From positions 12,088-76,087 of the forward strand of contig CAYGUX010000007.1 of NCBI GenBank assembly GCA_964353175.1: 64,000 bases of DNA, read 5' to 3'. The DNA is from an uncultured Bdellovibrionales bacterium. Lineage in GTDB: Bacteria > Bdellovibrionota_C > UBA2361 > SZUA-149 > DAOLCO01. Below are positions 20,851 to 33,406 of the stretch, piece after piece (the first letter of the stretch is position 1; the number at the start of each line of letters is the position of its first letter). A model generated the notes under the pieces. The model was not told the DNA's origin. It saw nothing but the letters and a program-made list of their open reading frames with translations, and did no database searches. A program made the translations under genes and the position numbers.

Positions 20851-22836
20851 ATGAAATTACTCGGAAATACCTCACCTAGGTTTATTAGAAATTTGTATGG
20901 ATGTTTTTTAGTAGGCCTTCCTTTTTTAAACCTACCGCTATTATTCGATGATTTCCCAGGATCCAAATGGAATATGACTCCTTATTCTTGGCTTTTGATT
21001 TTAACCATTACAATCAGCATATCTTATATCCTTTTAGCAATGTTTGGCCCAACAGTTGAACGTCTTTTGCTAAAGACACTCATACCTCCTATTCGCATAC
21101 TTAGATGTATTGCAGTTGTGATCCTACCAATAGTTTTATTTTTAGTAAGCTATAATATATTTGGCCATAGTCCCCTGCTCATTGATACTATAGTTCAATT
21201 ATTTCAAGCTGAGATCTTCCAATACGGCAAATTTAAAGCCTCTCTCCCTCCACTAAAAGAATTTTTTGTGACTCAACACATGATTTTCGATGAAGGCTGG
21301 TATGGACAGTATCCTCCAGGCCATTCAGTTATTCTGTTACTTGGCAATCTGCTTGGTGAACCTCTTTTAATCAGCATCGTTTTAGCTGTATCTACGACAG
21401 TTATTTTATATAAGTTTGTTGCGGGAATATATAACCAATCCATCGCTAAGCTAAGCCTTTTTCTAATACTAGTCTCTCCTTTCTTTATATTCATGAGCGC
21501 TAGTTATATGAATCATGTTTCTACTTTATTTTTATTGCTTTCATTTCTCTATTACTTCTCCCTATGGGAAAAGTCTAACAAATGGTCACACTTGTTTCTA
21601 TCAGGCTTATTTCTTGGCCTAACCGTCACTATTAGACCATTGGATGGAATTCCCTGTGGTCTTTCTATTATAATACCAACTCTTATTTTACTTAAAAAAC
21701 GGCCGTATGCCTTGATAGTAGGACTTTGCTCACTTTTGCCAGGGTTACTGTTATTACTTTGGTATAATAGTAATACAACAGGTAATGCCTTCCTACCTGG
21801 ATACTTAAAACTTTGGGGAGAGGGTCATAAGATGGGATTTCATATGAACCCATGGGGGAGAGAGCATACGCTTTTAATTGGACTTAGAAACGAACTTGCA
21901 GACCTTCAATTACTTCAAGAGATGCTATTCGAATGGGCGATTCCATCTTTATTACCTGTTGCCCTACTGCTCTTATCTCCGATTAAACTAACATCCTGGG
22001 ATAGAAGGCTACTAGCATACACAGTATTATGCCCAATTGCTTATGGAGCATATTGGCATCGTGATGCATTTTTGGGTCCACGATTTGAATATTGCACTAT
22101 TATTGCATGGATACCATTAAGTGCCAGAGCGATCATTGAACTCTCCAGTTATTTTAAAAATAAGAATGTGCATATTTTTAAATTATTTAAGCCCGTCCAA
22201 CTAACTTCACTGATAAAGTTAATATTAGTATTTTCTCTGTCTTATGAGATGTTCTTGGCTGTTCCGCAAAGAGCAGGAATATATAGATCAAGTATGTCCT
22301 CATTTAAAACAAACATTAGGGATGAGGCACTAAAGTCGAATATACCTTCAGGATTAATATTCGTTAAATTATCCTGGGGTGCTAGAATATTCTCAGAATT
22401 AAGAGGAATGGGTTTAAGCGCAACTGATGCTCAAAGAGCATATTCTTTCTTAGACCATTGTAAGCTATTTATACTTACAAAAGATTCCAGAGAACAAGGT
22501 TTAAATAAGACTGAGTTCACTAGGCTTATTAATCGTCTGCACGATACGGAGCCCCGAGCTCAGAAAGTTAGAGCCAACTTCGATAGCTCTCTTAAGCTAA
22601 ATATGGATACAGGACTAGATCCTCAGTGTAAGGAAGAACTACTGTATGACGTAAAAAATGGCAGGCCTAACTACACGACTTATGAGCCACACATGAGGGC
22701 GAATACTCCCAACTTCAGCGGGGAATATATTATTGCTAAAGACCTAAGAAGCCGGAATTATGAATTAAGAAAATTCTATCCAAATCTAAAAGCCTATATC
22801 TACAATGGTAAAGAATTCAAATTACTAACCCCATAA
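20851..22836 (+). CDS. Large polytopic membrane protein (>=10 TM) with a C-terminal soluble domain; possible GT-C-fold glycosyltransferase-like protein
   Basis: Hydrophobicity pattern and size. I could verify no catalytic motif. Confidence 0.45.
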   Translation: MKLLGNTSPRFIRNLYGCFLVGLPFLNLPLLFDDFPGSKWNMTPYSWLLILTITISISYILLAMFGPTVERLLLKTLIPPIRILRCIAVVILPIVLFLVSYNIFGHSPLLIDTIVQLFQAEIFQYGKFKASLPPLKEFFVTQHMIFDEGWYGQYPPGHSVILLLGNLLGEPLLISIVLAVSTTVILYKFVAGIYNQSIAKLSLFLILVSPFFIFMSASYMNHVSTLFLLLSFLYYFSLWEKSNKWSHLFLSGLFLGLTVTIRPLDGIPCGLSIIIPTLILLKKRPYALIVGLCSLLPGLLLLLWYNSNTTGNAFLPGYLKLWGEGHKMGFHMNPWGREHTLLIGLRNELADLQLLQEMLFEWAIPSLLPVALLLLSPIKLTSWDRRLLAYTVLCPIAYGAYWHRDAFLGPRFEYCTIIAWIPLSARAIIELSSYFKNKNVHIFKLFKPVQLTSLIKLILVFSLSYEMFLAVPQRAGIYRSSMSSFKTNIRDEALKSNIPSGLIFVKLSWGARIFSELRGMGLSATDAQRAYSFLDHCKLFILTKDSREQGLNKTEFTRLINRLHDTEPRAQKVRANFDSSLKLNMDTGLDPQCKEELLYDVKNGRPNYTTYEPHMRANTPNFSGEYIIAKDLRSRNYELRKFYPNLKAYIYNGKEFKLLTP

Positions 22837-22844
22837 GGACAAAT

Positions 22845-24605
<1,761 letters not shown>

Positions 24606-24738
24606 TTATGAATGCTCCAAACCCCAATTAAAACTCTCCATTACCATGACTGCTGTTATGGTAACTAAGGGGATAATTGATACCATATAGTACGAGATAA
24701 AGCTAGTATCCGTTTAAATTAAGAAAAAATTTATAGCG

Positions 24739-25527
24739 TTATTTTAAACCCTTAGCGTGTTCAATAGCCTTATCTAAATCTTCAGGTGTGTCTATTTCGA
24801 TGGAGTGCTCCATCAAGTCCCTAGGAATAATACATACACCCACTCTAAAGCCCAATGTCAATAATCTAAGTTGTTCTAACTTCTCAACATTCTCTAGCGA
24901 GGCCTCCAATGAATTATCGGATAATGCAAAAAGAGACTCTTTATTAAATAGATATAAACCAATATGCTTTAAAGCCCACACTCTTCGTTCAGAATCAGGT
25001 ATAATTTTCCACTCATCATCATCTCTAGGGTACGGGACTGCTGCCCTACTAAAATATAATGCTCTTCCATTGTCACCTATTACCACCTTTACAGCAGTAG
25101 GCTTTATAAATTCCTCCCTGTCATAGATTGGAATTGCAATGGTAACCATGTCGAAATTTTCTATATTCTTTTTAAAGAAATTAATGGCAAGTGAAATGGC
25201 ACTAGGCTCTATAAATGGCATATCCCCTTGCACATTTAAAGCGATATCCCAATCTACATTTAACTTTTGGAGAGCTTCCGCTACTCTAGCTGAGCCTGTA
25301 GGTGCTTCGGTTGAAGTCATTACCACGGTAGCTCCAAATTCTTCTGATAGATCTCTAATCTCTAGATCATCTGTAGCCACATATAAAGAGTCGATATCTT
25401 CACAAAGACTAGCTTGCGCCCAAACACGCTCTACTAAACTTTTTCCATCAATATCCTTAAGGGGCTTTTCACTTAGTCTAGTTGAACCCCGTCTTGCGGG
25501 AATAACAGCGATAACTTTTGTTTTCAT
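24739..25527 (-). CDS. kdsB: 3-deoxy-manno-octulosonate cytidylyltransferase (CMP-KDO synthetase)
   Basis: VIPARRGSTRLSEKPL N-terminal motif. Length is ~260 aa. Confidence 0.9.
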   Translation of the reverse strand: MKTKVIAVIPARRGSTRLSEKPLKDIDGKSLVERVWAQASLCEDIDSLYVATDDLEIRDLSEEFGATVVMTSTEAPTGSARVAEALQKLNVDWDIALNVQGDMPFIEPSAISLAINFFKKNIENFDMVTIAIPIYDREEFIKPTAVKVVIGDNGRALYFSRAAVPYPRDDDEWKIIPDSERRVWALKHIGLYLFNKESLFALSDNSLEASLENVEKLEQLRLLTLGFRVGVCIIPRDLMEHSIEIDTPEDLDKAIEHAKGLK

Positions 25528-25541
25528 AAGTAATCAATTTC

Positions 25542-26243
25542 CTAACGTAATTTTAAAATCAATTTCCCTCTAAATACCATAATAAAAAATACCGCATATA
25601 AAATAGGAATAAATGCGATAGCCATACTTGGATTTCTAAATAAGTTACTTAAAAGACTTAATGTACTACGAAGCATATTTAGTGGATCTTGACTAAAGAA
25701 TACTAGTAAGTTGTTTGGATTTTTAATTATTAATGGAGACATGCAAACTATCATTGGCGCAAACCAAACAATAAAATATTTAGAGATAAACTCAAAAGAT
25801 GACTGAACCAAATCTCCAATATTTGACTCCTCCAAATATAAAAATTCAATAATTGGATTTAACAACACACATATTAATATTCCAACCGCTAATTTCAAAA
25901 ATAAGACCTGGACAAGGCTGAGTGCTAAATTTACGATGAATAATCCGACAAATAAAGTCATTGCCAGTTGAAATAAGTTTAATCCTTCATACTTAATTAT
26001 ATGCAGAGAAAATTTTTCCTTTAGGACGACATTCCGAACTAAAACCAAATAGTAGGAGACGATAAAGACATAAAGAATTCCAAGAATAAATCCCCCAATC
26101 ATACCCAACATAGCTATTAATGGGCTAACTAATCCCACAACAAATAGCACTGGTATCTGAATTAAAATTTGTCTCCAAGCCTTCAGAACGGAATGGAAAG
26201 ATTCTAAAAATGTACTTATGTATATATCTACTATTTTCATCAT
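25542..26243 (-). CDS. Hypothetical polytopic membrane protein
   Basis: Hydrophobic ORF; no family recognised. Confidence 0.4.
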   Translation of the reverse strand: MMKIVDIYISTFLESFHSVLKAWRQILIQIPVLFVVGLVSPLIAMLGMIGGFILGILYVFIVSYYLVLVRNVVLKEKFSLHIIKYEGLNLFQLAMTLFVGLFIVNLALSLVQVLFLKLAVGILICVLLNPIIEFLYLEESNIGDLVQSSFEFISKYFIVWFAPMIVCMSPLIIKNPNNLLVFFSQDPLNMLRSTLSLLSNLFRNPSMAIAFIPILYAVFFIMVFRGKLILKLR

Positions 26244-26249
26244 CTGTTT

Positions 26250-27767
26250 CTAAGTATTACTCTTTTTGGGCTTTAATGTGGTAGTATTTTTCTTAGGGCT
26301 ATTACGATAATTACGTTTCTCTCTAACTTTATACTCTAAGAGTGTACTTAAATTTTTAGGAATTTCCTCATCTAGAATTTTAAGTAAAAGTCGCAAATTT
26401 TCTCTTTCTTCCTCGTGAAGGGACTTAATCAATTCTCCTAAGGAGAGAACTTCATCCTTAATATTCATAACTAGAGAAGTTCTAATTCTGAATCTAAGCA
26501 CCAATAAACGCTCTAACGCAAACTTTTCCCTCTTAGTCAGACAACATGGCTCAAACCACTTCCCGATTACCCTTGCAGTTCCACTTACTCTATCCCTAGT
26601 ATTGCGTTCTCTCTTAAAGGGTTTTAAGCGAAAGACAGGCCCATTGCTGTCTTCTTCATCGCTCCCATTTTCATTTTTGAATTCGTATAATTCAGGCTTT
26701 TCGTCTGCTAAAATATTAAATTTTTCTTCCTCTGTTAAGGAATCATAGGAACCACTGATATTATAACTTTCTCTCTGATCATTTAAGCCAATAAGCATAC
26801 AAGCTAAAAACACCTCTGAACCAGGATCAACACCTGCATTAATCATAGAATCTAGACTTTGGAATCGACCTAAAAATCGTTTTAACCATGCTTTAGTTTT
26901 CGTTGCTAAATTGGTATCGATTCTAGGTAACATTTCTTTGATAACATTATGTTCACCCAATGCTAGGAATGTCTTTAAGAATGCACCTGAATAAAAATCC
27001 TTTAGCAACTCTTCATAAATTCGTGAGGTTGGAACTAGATTAAGTTTATCAACATGCCTAAGCATAGATTGTTCAGTCTTCTTTTCGATAGTAAAACCTA
27101 GCCTTGCCGCATGCCTAGCCGCTCTTATGATGCGAACAGGATCCTCAGTAAATCTTTCATCTGCTTGCCCAATAATTTTAATTCTTTTTTCTTGAAGGTC
27201 TTTCATCCCACCGACATAATCGATAATGGTAAAATCCTCGGCATTATAAAATAGAGCATTTACGGTTAGGTCTCTTCTTAATGCGTCGGATTGAGCTGTT
27301 CCAAAAGTATTGTCAGTTGGCAAAGTCTTACTTTCTTCATCTGGTGGAGCTTCCATTTCTGCTCGAAAGGTTGCCACTTCTATTATCTTCCCACCATAGA
27401 AATATACATGTGCAATTTTAAATCGTTTACCAATAATTCTAGAGTTTCTAAATAAATCTCTAAGTTCTTCTGGCGTAGCATCCGTACAAATATCAAAATC
27501 TTTTGGTCTTTTTCGAACTAGCAAATCTCTAACTCCCCCACCAACAAGATAAGCTTGATAACCGTAGCTCTGTAAACGTCTCAAGACTTTTAAGGCATCT
27601 TGATCAATATCTTTCCTAGAAATACAATGTTCATCTCTTGGTATGATAAGTGGCTGCCCTGGCAACTTTCTATTTGTTTGCCCATCTCTACCATCGTCTA
27701 AGTTTGGATCAGACTTAGGAGTTGATTGTGTTTTGTTTCTTCTATTATCTGGATTTTTTGGAATCAT
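26250..27767 (-). CDS. pcnB: Poly(A) polymerase / CCA-adding enzyme family nucleotidyltransferase (PcnB-like) with a basic N-terminal extension
   Basis: GGxVRD motif (LVGGGVRDLL), DFDI, the head domain and the RRDLT/NALFY signatures of class-II nucleotidyltransferases. Confidence 0.75.
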   Translation of the reverse strand: MIPKNPDNRRNKTQSTPKSDPNLDDGRDGQTNRKLPGQPLIIPRDEHCISRKDIDQDALKVLRRLQSYGYQAYLVGGGVRDLLVRKRPKDFDICTDATPEELRDLFRNSRIIGKRFKIAHVYFYGGKIIEVATFRAEMEAPPDEESKTLPTDNTFGTAQSDALRRDLTVNALFYNAEDFTIIDYVGGMKDLQEKRIKIIGQADERFTEDPVRIIRAARHAARLGFTIEKKTEQSMLRHVDKLNLVPTSRIYEELLKDFYSGAFLKTFLALGEHNVIKEMLPRIDTNLATKTKAWLKRFLGRFQSLDSMINAGVDPGSEVFLACMLIGLNDQRESYNISGSYDSLTEEEKFNILADEKPELYEFKNENGSDEEDSNGPVFRLKPFKRERNTRDRVSGTARVIGKWFEPCCLTKREKFALERLLVLRFRIRTSLVMNIKDEVLSLGELIKSLHEEERENLRLLLKILDEEIPKNLSTLLEYKVREKRNYRNSPKKNTTTLKPKKSNT

Positions 27768-27794
27768 TATTTAGTATTTCTTTAATGCCTATTT

Positions 27795-28838
27795 CTAGCT
27801 CTTAAATTCTGGCTTCTTTAATTCATGAAGTGTCTTTGCGTACGACCTTAGGTCTCTGACTTCATCGAATTCATCGACGATTTCACTCCCCAATATTTCT
27901 TCTAAAATATCCTCAAGAGTTACTACACCAGCGAAACCGCCATGCTCATTAATCACTGCACAAATCGGTACCTGCCTATCAACCATTTGTAACATTAGCT
28001 TATCAACCCTCAAGGTATCCGGAACACTATCGATCGGTCTAATGAGGTCTTTTATAGTTTCGGTTTGACATCCACTAAGTAGTGCTTTTGCTATATCTCT
28101 TTGAGTTACGTACCCCGAAGGCTCGTCAAGATCATTATCTGGGAAAACTGGTATTCTCGAATGTGGAAGTGCGAATAAAGTATCTCTCAAGGTACTAACT
28201 AGTAAACCTTCTTTAAATGACAATACAACTACTCTGGGTGTAAGAATATCCCTCACTAGCACAGTATCTAGTCCAATAACATTACGGATTACAGAATCCT
28301 CTAAAGAATCAATAACACCCTCTTCCTTGCCGAGTTCTGCCATACTTAAAACTTCTTCATGGCTTATTTTTGGCTCCTCTTCAGCCCCATTGCCCATTTT
28401 TTTGGAAAAGATTTCAGTAACATATATTAGTGGATAAAGTAGTGTAATGAGCATTTGAAGAGGGATTGCAATTAACAAGCTTACCTGACGATTGTAATCA
28501 CTACCAAGTTTTTTGGGGACAATTTCACTAACAAATAATACAAGGATAGTGAATATGACTGAAAACCCAATTAAAGCGCGGTCCCCATATACGCTCACAA
28601 TACTACCTGCTATACTAGCACCCAAGGTATGAGAGACCGTATTCAATATCAATATGGCCGCTATAGGTTCACCTAATTTTTCTTTAAAATTTAACATTAT
28701 CTTAGCTCTTTTCGAGCCTGATTCTGCTAGATATCTAAGATAAGGCAGAGAGACTGTTAAGAGTGCTGCCTCCATAAGGGAACATAGAAAAGAAATCGCA
28801 AGTGCAGCAGAAACTACTATAACTAGAACGAGAATCAT
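27795..28838 (-). CDS. CNNM/DUF21 plus CBS-pair membrane protein (TlyC/CorC-type putative divalent-ion transporter)
   Basis: N-terminal DUF21 transmembrane region followed by tandem CBS domains. Confidence 0.8.
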   Translation of the reverse strand: MILVLVIVVSAALAISFLCSLMEAALLTVSLPYLRYLAESGSKRAKIMLNFKEKLGEPIAAILILNTVSHTLGASIAGSIVSVYGDRALIGFSVIFTILVLFVSEIVPKKLGSDYNRQVSLLIAIPLQMLITLLYPLIYVTEIFSKKMGNGAEEEPKISHEEVLSMAELGKEEGVIDSLEDSVIRNVIGLDTVLVRDILTPRVVVLSFKEGLLVSTLRDTLFALPHSRIPVFPDNDLDEPSGYVTQRDIAKALLSGCQTETIKDLIRPIDSVPDTLRVDKLMLQMVDRQVPICAVINEHGGFAGVVTLEDILEEILGSEIVDEFDEVRDLRSYAKTLHELKKPEFKS

Positions 28839-28845
28839 AAAAAAC

Positions 28846-29955
28846 TTAAGCCTTAATCTTACTAGAAAATATAAACGGTAGCGCTAAAAACGGTAACATC
28901 GCAGCATAAAAGAAAGACTCTTTGAGGCTAATAGAAATAAGTAACCGAGACATAACATAAGAACCTAACACCATTCCTAGCGTTAATGCACACTGGTTCA
29001 TCACTGAAATATTAATCGCTCCAAATTTACTGTTCATATCTTTAAGATATCTCATACTAATAATATCATTTAAAATCCAAGTTGGGACATGCAGAAATTG
29101 AATTAGGTAAAACCCAATATAGCTAGTTTCAGGTATCCCGAGTACCCATACTCTTAAGGAAGTAAATAAAATGACTATAATAGCCAAAAATCTATATGGC
29201 AAGCCATCTGATAGTTTACCCACTAAACCTACCGTAGTAAAATTTATAACGCCTAATAACATATTACTAAGTGCTATTTCTAAGGAACTACAGCCCATTT
29301 CACTCATTCTCAGTATAAGATAACGAAAAAATACACAAAATCCTGCCCAAACAAATAATTGAAAACAAAGAAACGGTATTAACGAAAACAGCTGTGTTAC
29401 GCCTCCGAGAGAATTGGCGTCCTTGTAAGGATTACACGGATTGGCTCGTCGAATAAAGATAAACGCAAATAATCCTCCCAGACCCAAAAAAAATGGAATG
29501 CAGCTTGGTGAAATTATATCAGTACAAAATCCACAAAGAAGCAGCCCAAACATAAACCCTATAGAGCCAAATTTTCTATACGCTCCATACTCTTCTCCAA
29601 AATTTAACCCTGTTTGCGATGCAGCATCCTTAATCATTTGTAGAGATAATATTGGTACTAGCGCATTCACTACCGATAAACAAATTAGGACTAAAGCAAA
29701 AATGGTATAAATAATAACATAATGGCTACTTAAAACTAATATCGGGGACAACAGAAAAAAAAGTAAAAATGAAACCTGAGAAAGGCCGCTTAAAGGAAGT
29801 TTTGAATTAGCTTTCACTTTGAAGTTAAGAATCAAAAGCAATAACAAACCAACTAGAGAGAATAGATAAGCATTAGCTTCCAAAGTGGCTATTTCTCTCT
29901 GCGAAAAACCTATTGAAGTCCAGTATAACGGAAAAAATGTAGAACATGCGAGCAC
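28846..29955 (-). CDS. Hypothetical polytopic membrane protein (transporter-like)
   Basis: Hydrophobicity only. Confidence 0.4.
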   Translation of the reverse strand: MLACSTFFPLYWTSIGFSQREIATLEANAYLFSLVGLLLLLILNFKVKANSKLPLSGLSQVSFLLFFLLSPILVLSSHYVIIYTIFALVLICLSVVNALVPILSLQMIKDAASQTGLNFGEEYGAYRKFGSIGFMFGLLLCGFCTDIISPSCIPFFLGLGGLFAFIFIRRANPCNPYKDANSLGGVTQLFSLIPFLCFQLFVWAGFCVFFRYLILRMSEMGCSSLEIALSNMLLGVINFTTVGLVGKLSDGLPYRFLAIIVILFTSLRVWVLGIPETSYIGFYLIQFLHVPTWILNDIISMRYLKDMNSKFGAINISVMNQCALTLGMVLGSYVMSRLLISISLKESFFYAAMLPFLALPFIFSSKIKA

Positions 29956-30029
29956 AAACAGCTGGCAAATTAAACTATACCGAAAGCTCCATAGTACCCT
30001 ATGACTATCTATATCGAGATTTTCCAGAA

Positions 30030-30170
30030 TTATCTTTTCTTATTTAAGGCAAGATATAAAAGACCACCAGCGATAGCTACGAATGTAAATACACGAGCGT
30101 TATAAGAGGACTTAGCAGCAAATACCATCAACAATACTACTAAACCACCGATACCTTTTATCCAAAGCAT
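30030..30170 (-). CDS. Unlisted small ORF (46 aa), hydrophobic two-helix mini-protein (MLWIKGIGGLVVLLMVFAAKSSYNARVFTFVAIAGGLLYLALNKKR)
   Basis: Found by hand-translating the 274-bp gap between the membrane-protein gene and serS. It is below the ORF-track length cutoff and has no family support. Confidence 0.25.
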   Translation of the reverse strand: MLWIKGIGGLVVLLMVFAAKSSYNARVFTFVAIAGGLLYLALNKKR

Positions 30171-30228
30171 ATTAAGACCCTATTAATCATTAATAATTTA
30201 CAAAGCGCCCTATTCAAGCGCTAACTTT

Positions 30229-31500
30229 TCAACCAATCTTAGTTAGACCACCTAAGTACTTCTGAAGAACTTTTGGAACTCTAATAGAGCCATCTTCTTG
30301 TTGATGATTCTCTATTAGGGGAATCAAAACTCTAGGAGAAGCTAATAATGTGTTGTTAAGCGTATGACAATAAACTGACTTGCCATTTGCATCTCGATAT
30401 TTCAAACCCAATCTTCTTGCTTGAAAATCATGTAGTGTAGAACAACTATGAGTCTCTGAATACATATTTCGTGATGGCATCCAAGTCTCAATATCATGCT
30501 TCCATACCTGACCCTGGCCCATATCACCTGTACACACCACAACGACTCTATACGGAAGCTCCAACAACGTTAAAAGTTCTTCCGCATTGCCAAGGATTTC
30601 ATTATGCAACTCCCTACTTCGTTCAACACTATTTTCGCAAATAATCACCTGCTCTACTTTATAAAATTGATGTACTCGATACAAACCTCGCGTGTCTTTC
30701 CCATAAGTACCTGCTTCTCTACGATAACATGGTGAGTATCCAGCATATTTTTTAGGCAACTCAGCATGACTAAGCGTTTCATCCAAATGATAAGCGGCAA
30801 CTGGCACCTCTGAAGTTCCAATTAAATAAGACTCGTCGTCACGTTCATCCAAATGATAAGCCATGTCTTCCCCACCAGGGAAATAACCCGTCCCCATCAT
30901 TGCCTTATAATTAACAATGTGAGGTGGATCCATTACCGTGTAACCCTTCTCGGCGATGAAATCTATTGCGAGAGAAAGAACAGCGTGATGCAGTCTAGCA
31001 CCCATGCCAGTTAGGAAGTAACTTCGACTACCAGCCAACTTAACTCCCCTTTCAACATCAAATAACTTTAATGCCTCCCCTATCTCAACATGATCCTTCG
31101 CCTTAAATGAAAATTCAGGTACTTTACCAACTCTTTTAAACTCAACATTTTCAGAATCATCCTTGCCACTAGGAACCTCATCTAAGGGTATCGCTGGAAT
31201 GAGCAGCTGTTGACGATTCCATTCAATTAAAGTCTCCTCTAAATTGGATTCAAGCTCTTTAATCTTAGTACTTAGATTCTTTAGCTCTTCTCTGACTTTA
31301 GTATTTTCATCCCCTTTTAACTTAGGAACTTCTTTACTAAGAGTCTTTAGAGAAGCTCTAAGGGCTTCTACCTCAGTTAGCTTAGCTCTCCTTTCTTCAT
31401 CAACTTTTAGAAAAGTAGATATATTTAGCTGAATTCGCTTTTTATCACATGCAATTTGATATGCCTCAGGCTTAGACCTGAGATCTTGAAGATCGATCAT
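30229..31500 (-). CDS. serS: Seryl-tRNA synthetase
   Basis: N-terminal coiled-coil tRNA-binding arm. Class II core motifs are present (GYSPCYRREAG, the motif 3 region). Confidence 0.95.
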   Translation of the reverse strand: MIDLQDLRSKPEAYQIACDKKRIQLNISTFLKVDEERRAKLTEVEALRASLKTLSKEVPKLKGDENTKVREELKNLSTKIKELESNLEETLIEWNRQQLLIPAIPLDEVPSGKDDSENVEFKRVGKVPEFSFKAKDHVEIGEALKLFDVERGVKLAGSRSYFLTGMGARLHHAVLSLAIDFIAEKGYTVMDPPHIVNYKAMMGTGYFPGGEDMAYHLDERDDESYLIGTSEVPVAAYHLDETLSHAELPKKYAGYSPCYRREAGTYGKDTRGLYRVHQFYKVEQVIICENSVERSRELHNEILGNAEELLTLLELPYRVVVVCTGDMGQGQVWKHDIETWMPSRNMYSETHSCSTLHDFQARRLGLKYRDANGKSVYCHTLNNTLLASPRVLIPLIENHQQEDGSIRVPKVLQKYLGGLTKIG

Positions 31501-31521
31501 TGTTTAATTTAACCCCAATTA

Positions 31522-33390
31522 TTATCTTTTTTTAATACTATTATTTTTGAGTTCTGTGAATACCTTCTTAGCCAATGCAGGCGTTAAGCCCCCTTTTTCC
31601 ACTAAATCTTCAACAGTAGCTTCATTAATTCTTTTAAAACTGCCAAAGGACATCAACAATCGTCGCTTTCTATTAATTCCTAGGCCTTGGATTAGATCAA
31701 GAGGGCCAGATAGTAATTTTTTTGCTCTAATTTTTCTATGAAAAGTAATAACCGATCTGTGAGTTTCGTCTCTAATTTGTTCAAGCAAATTTAAGACCTC
31801 ACTTCCTGCCTTTAAAATAAATGGCATTGCACGATTCTGTACATAGATCCTCTCTGGCTTCTTATGGGAATTTGATTGAAAGTGACTACTAATATACCCT
31901 TTTGCTCTTTTTTCTCTCTTCTTAGCTATGGCAATAATAAATGGGTGGCTTCCTCCAACTTGATTTCTTGCCTTAATAGCCTCAACTATCTGAGGTGGAC
32001 CTCCATCGATTATAAGCAAATCACAAATCGTATTTTCCTCCACTCCCCGTGAGATATGCCTTGTTACAACTTCGAATATAGATGCAAAATCATCCGGCTT
32101 CCCTTCCTGAGATAAATGGAAGTATCGGTAACGTTTACGATATGGCTTTCCATCCTTAAAACAAACAACCGCCCCGACGGTCTGACTACCTTGGAAATGA
32201 CTAATATCAATACACTCTATAGTTCGAGGTACTTCTGGCAAATCTAAAGTATCTTTTAAGGCCACTAGTAGTCTTTCATTCTTATCAATAGAACTATGCC
32301 TAGCCTCAAAGCCTTCTTTGGCATTCATTAGAGACAATTCCAACAATCTCTTTCTAGAACCTCTCAAAGGAACAGAGATATTAAGTATATGGCCAGCCAT
32401 TTCACTTAAATATCCCTTTACTAATTCTAAATCTTCAATTTGAGTTTCGACTAAAACTTCTTGGGGTAAAATTGATTTTTTACTATAAAAAGTTAATAAA
32501 AATGCAGATAAAAGTTCTTCATCGCTTAAAACTGCGTCATCAACAGAAAATGTTGAGTTGCTCACTAGCCTTCCATCAATTGTTTTCAGTACAGATATTT
32601 CAGCTTTCAGACCTTCTCTATAAATTGAAACTCCATCATAGTTGCCATCGCCATACATCACTTCCGTCTTGTCTAAAGCTACTTTCTCAAGAATCTGAAG
32701 TTTATCCCGAATCATGCCCGCCTCTTCAAATTTAAGATTTTCTGAAAGTATCCCAATCAGTCCTTTAAACTCAGCAATTACAGGCTCTGTATTTCCCTTT
32801 AATATACTAATCGCTTGATTTACCCACGACTCGTAGTCTTCCTTTGAGACATCGATACAACAAGGTCCTGAACATCGTTTAATTTGATACTGTAAACAAG
32901 GTCTAACTCTATTAATAAAGATACGATCAGAACAAGTTCTTAAGGGGATAGTTCGTTCTATAATATCCAACAAAACTTTTAACTCATATCCAAAGGGGTA
33001 TGGCCCAAAATATAAATTACCATCATCTTTCTTCTTACGAACAAGCTGGATTCTTGGCCATTCATGACTCTTATCTATCATGACCATAAAAGGGGCCTTA
33101 TCATCCTTTAGTCGAATATTATATCGAGGTTTAAACTTTTTGATTAAGTCGGCTTCTAAGATTAAAGCCTGTCGCTCAGTCTCAGTAATGATTACGTCTA
33201 TATCGAATATTTTCTCAAGCAAATATCCAATATGAGGTCTCGTATCTGAGCCGCTGAAATAACTCGAAACTCTACTCTTTAAGTTAATCGCCTTACCAAC
33301 ATAAAGGACATCACTGTCCTTCGATTTCATAAGATAGACACCTGGCACTTCAGGTAGCGCAGCTATTCTATTTTTTAATATAGATTCCAC
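31522..33390 (-). CDS. uvrC: Excinuclease ABC subunit C (UvrC)
   Basis: GIY-YIG N-terminus (PGVYLMK...LYVGKA). A UvrBC-interaction region, an Endo V-like domain and a C-terminal HhH are present. Confidence 0.95.
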   Translation of the reverse strand: MESILKNRIAALPEVPGVYLMKSKDSDVLYVGKAINLKSRVSSYFSGSDTRPHIGYLLEKIFDIDVIITETERQALILEADLIKKFKPRYNIRLKDDKAPFMVMIDKSHEWPRIQLVRKKKDDGNLYFGPYPFGYELKVLLDIIERTIPLRTCSDRIFINRVRPCLQYQIKRCSGPCCIDVSKEDYESWVNQAISILKGNTEPVIAEFKGLIGILSENLKFEEAGMIRDKLQILEKVALDKTEVMYGDGNYDGVSIYREGLKAEISVLKTIDGRLVSNSTFSVDDAVLSDEELLSAFLLTFYSKKSILPQEVLVETQIEDLELVKGYLSEMAGHILNISVPLRGSRKRLLELSLMNAKEGFEARHSSIDKNERLLVALKDTLDLPEVPRTIECIDISHFQGSQTVGAVVCFKDGKPYRKRYRYFHLSQEGKPDDFASIFEVVTRHISRGVEENTICDLLIIDGGPPQIVEAIKARNQVGGSHPFIIAIAKKREKRAKGYISSHFQSNSHKKPERIYVQNRAMPFILKAGSEVLNLLEQIRDETHRSVITFHRKIRAKKLLSGPLDLIQGLGINRKRRLLMSFGSFKRINEATVEDLVEKGGLTPALAKKVFTELKNNSIKKR

Positions 33391-33406
33391 TTAATCTTGT
33401 ATGTAC

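Noticed and set aside
24620-24650. Short inverted repeat (ttaccat...atggtaa) in the kdsB-pyrG gap
   Set aside because: The stem is only 7 bp and AT-rich, within the range expected by chance. It is not reported as a feature.
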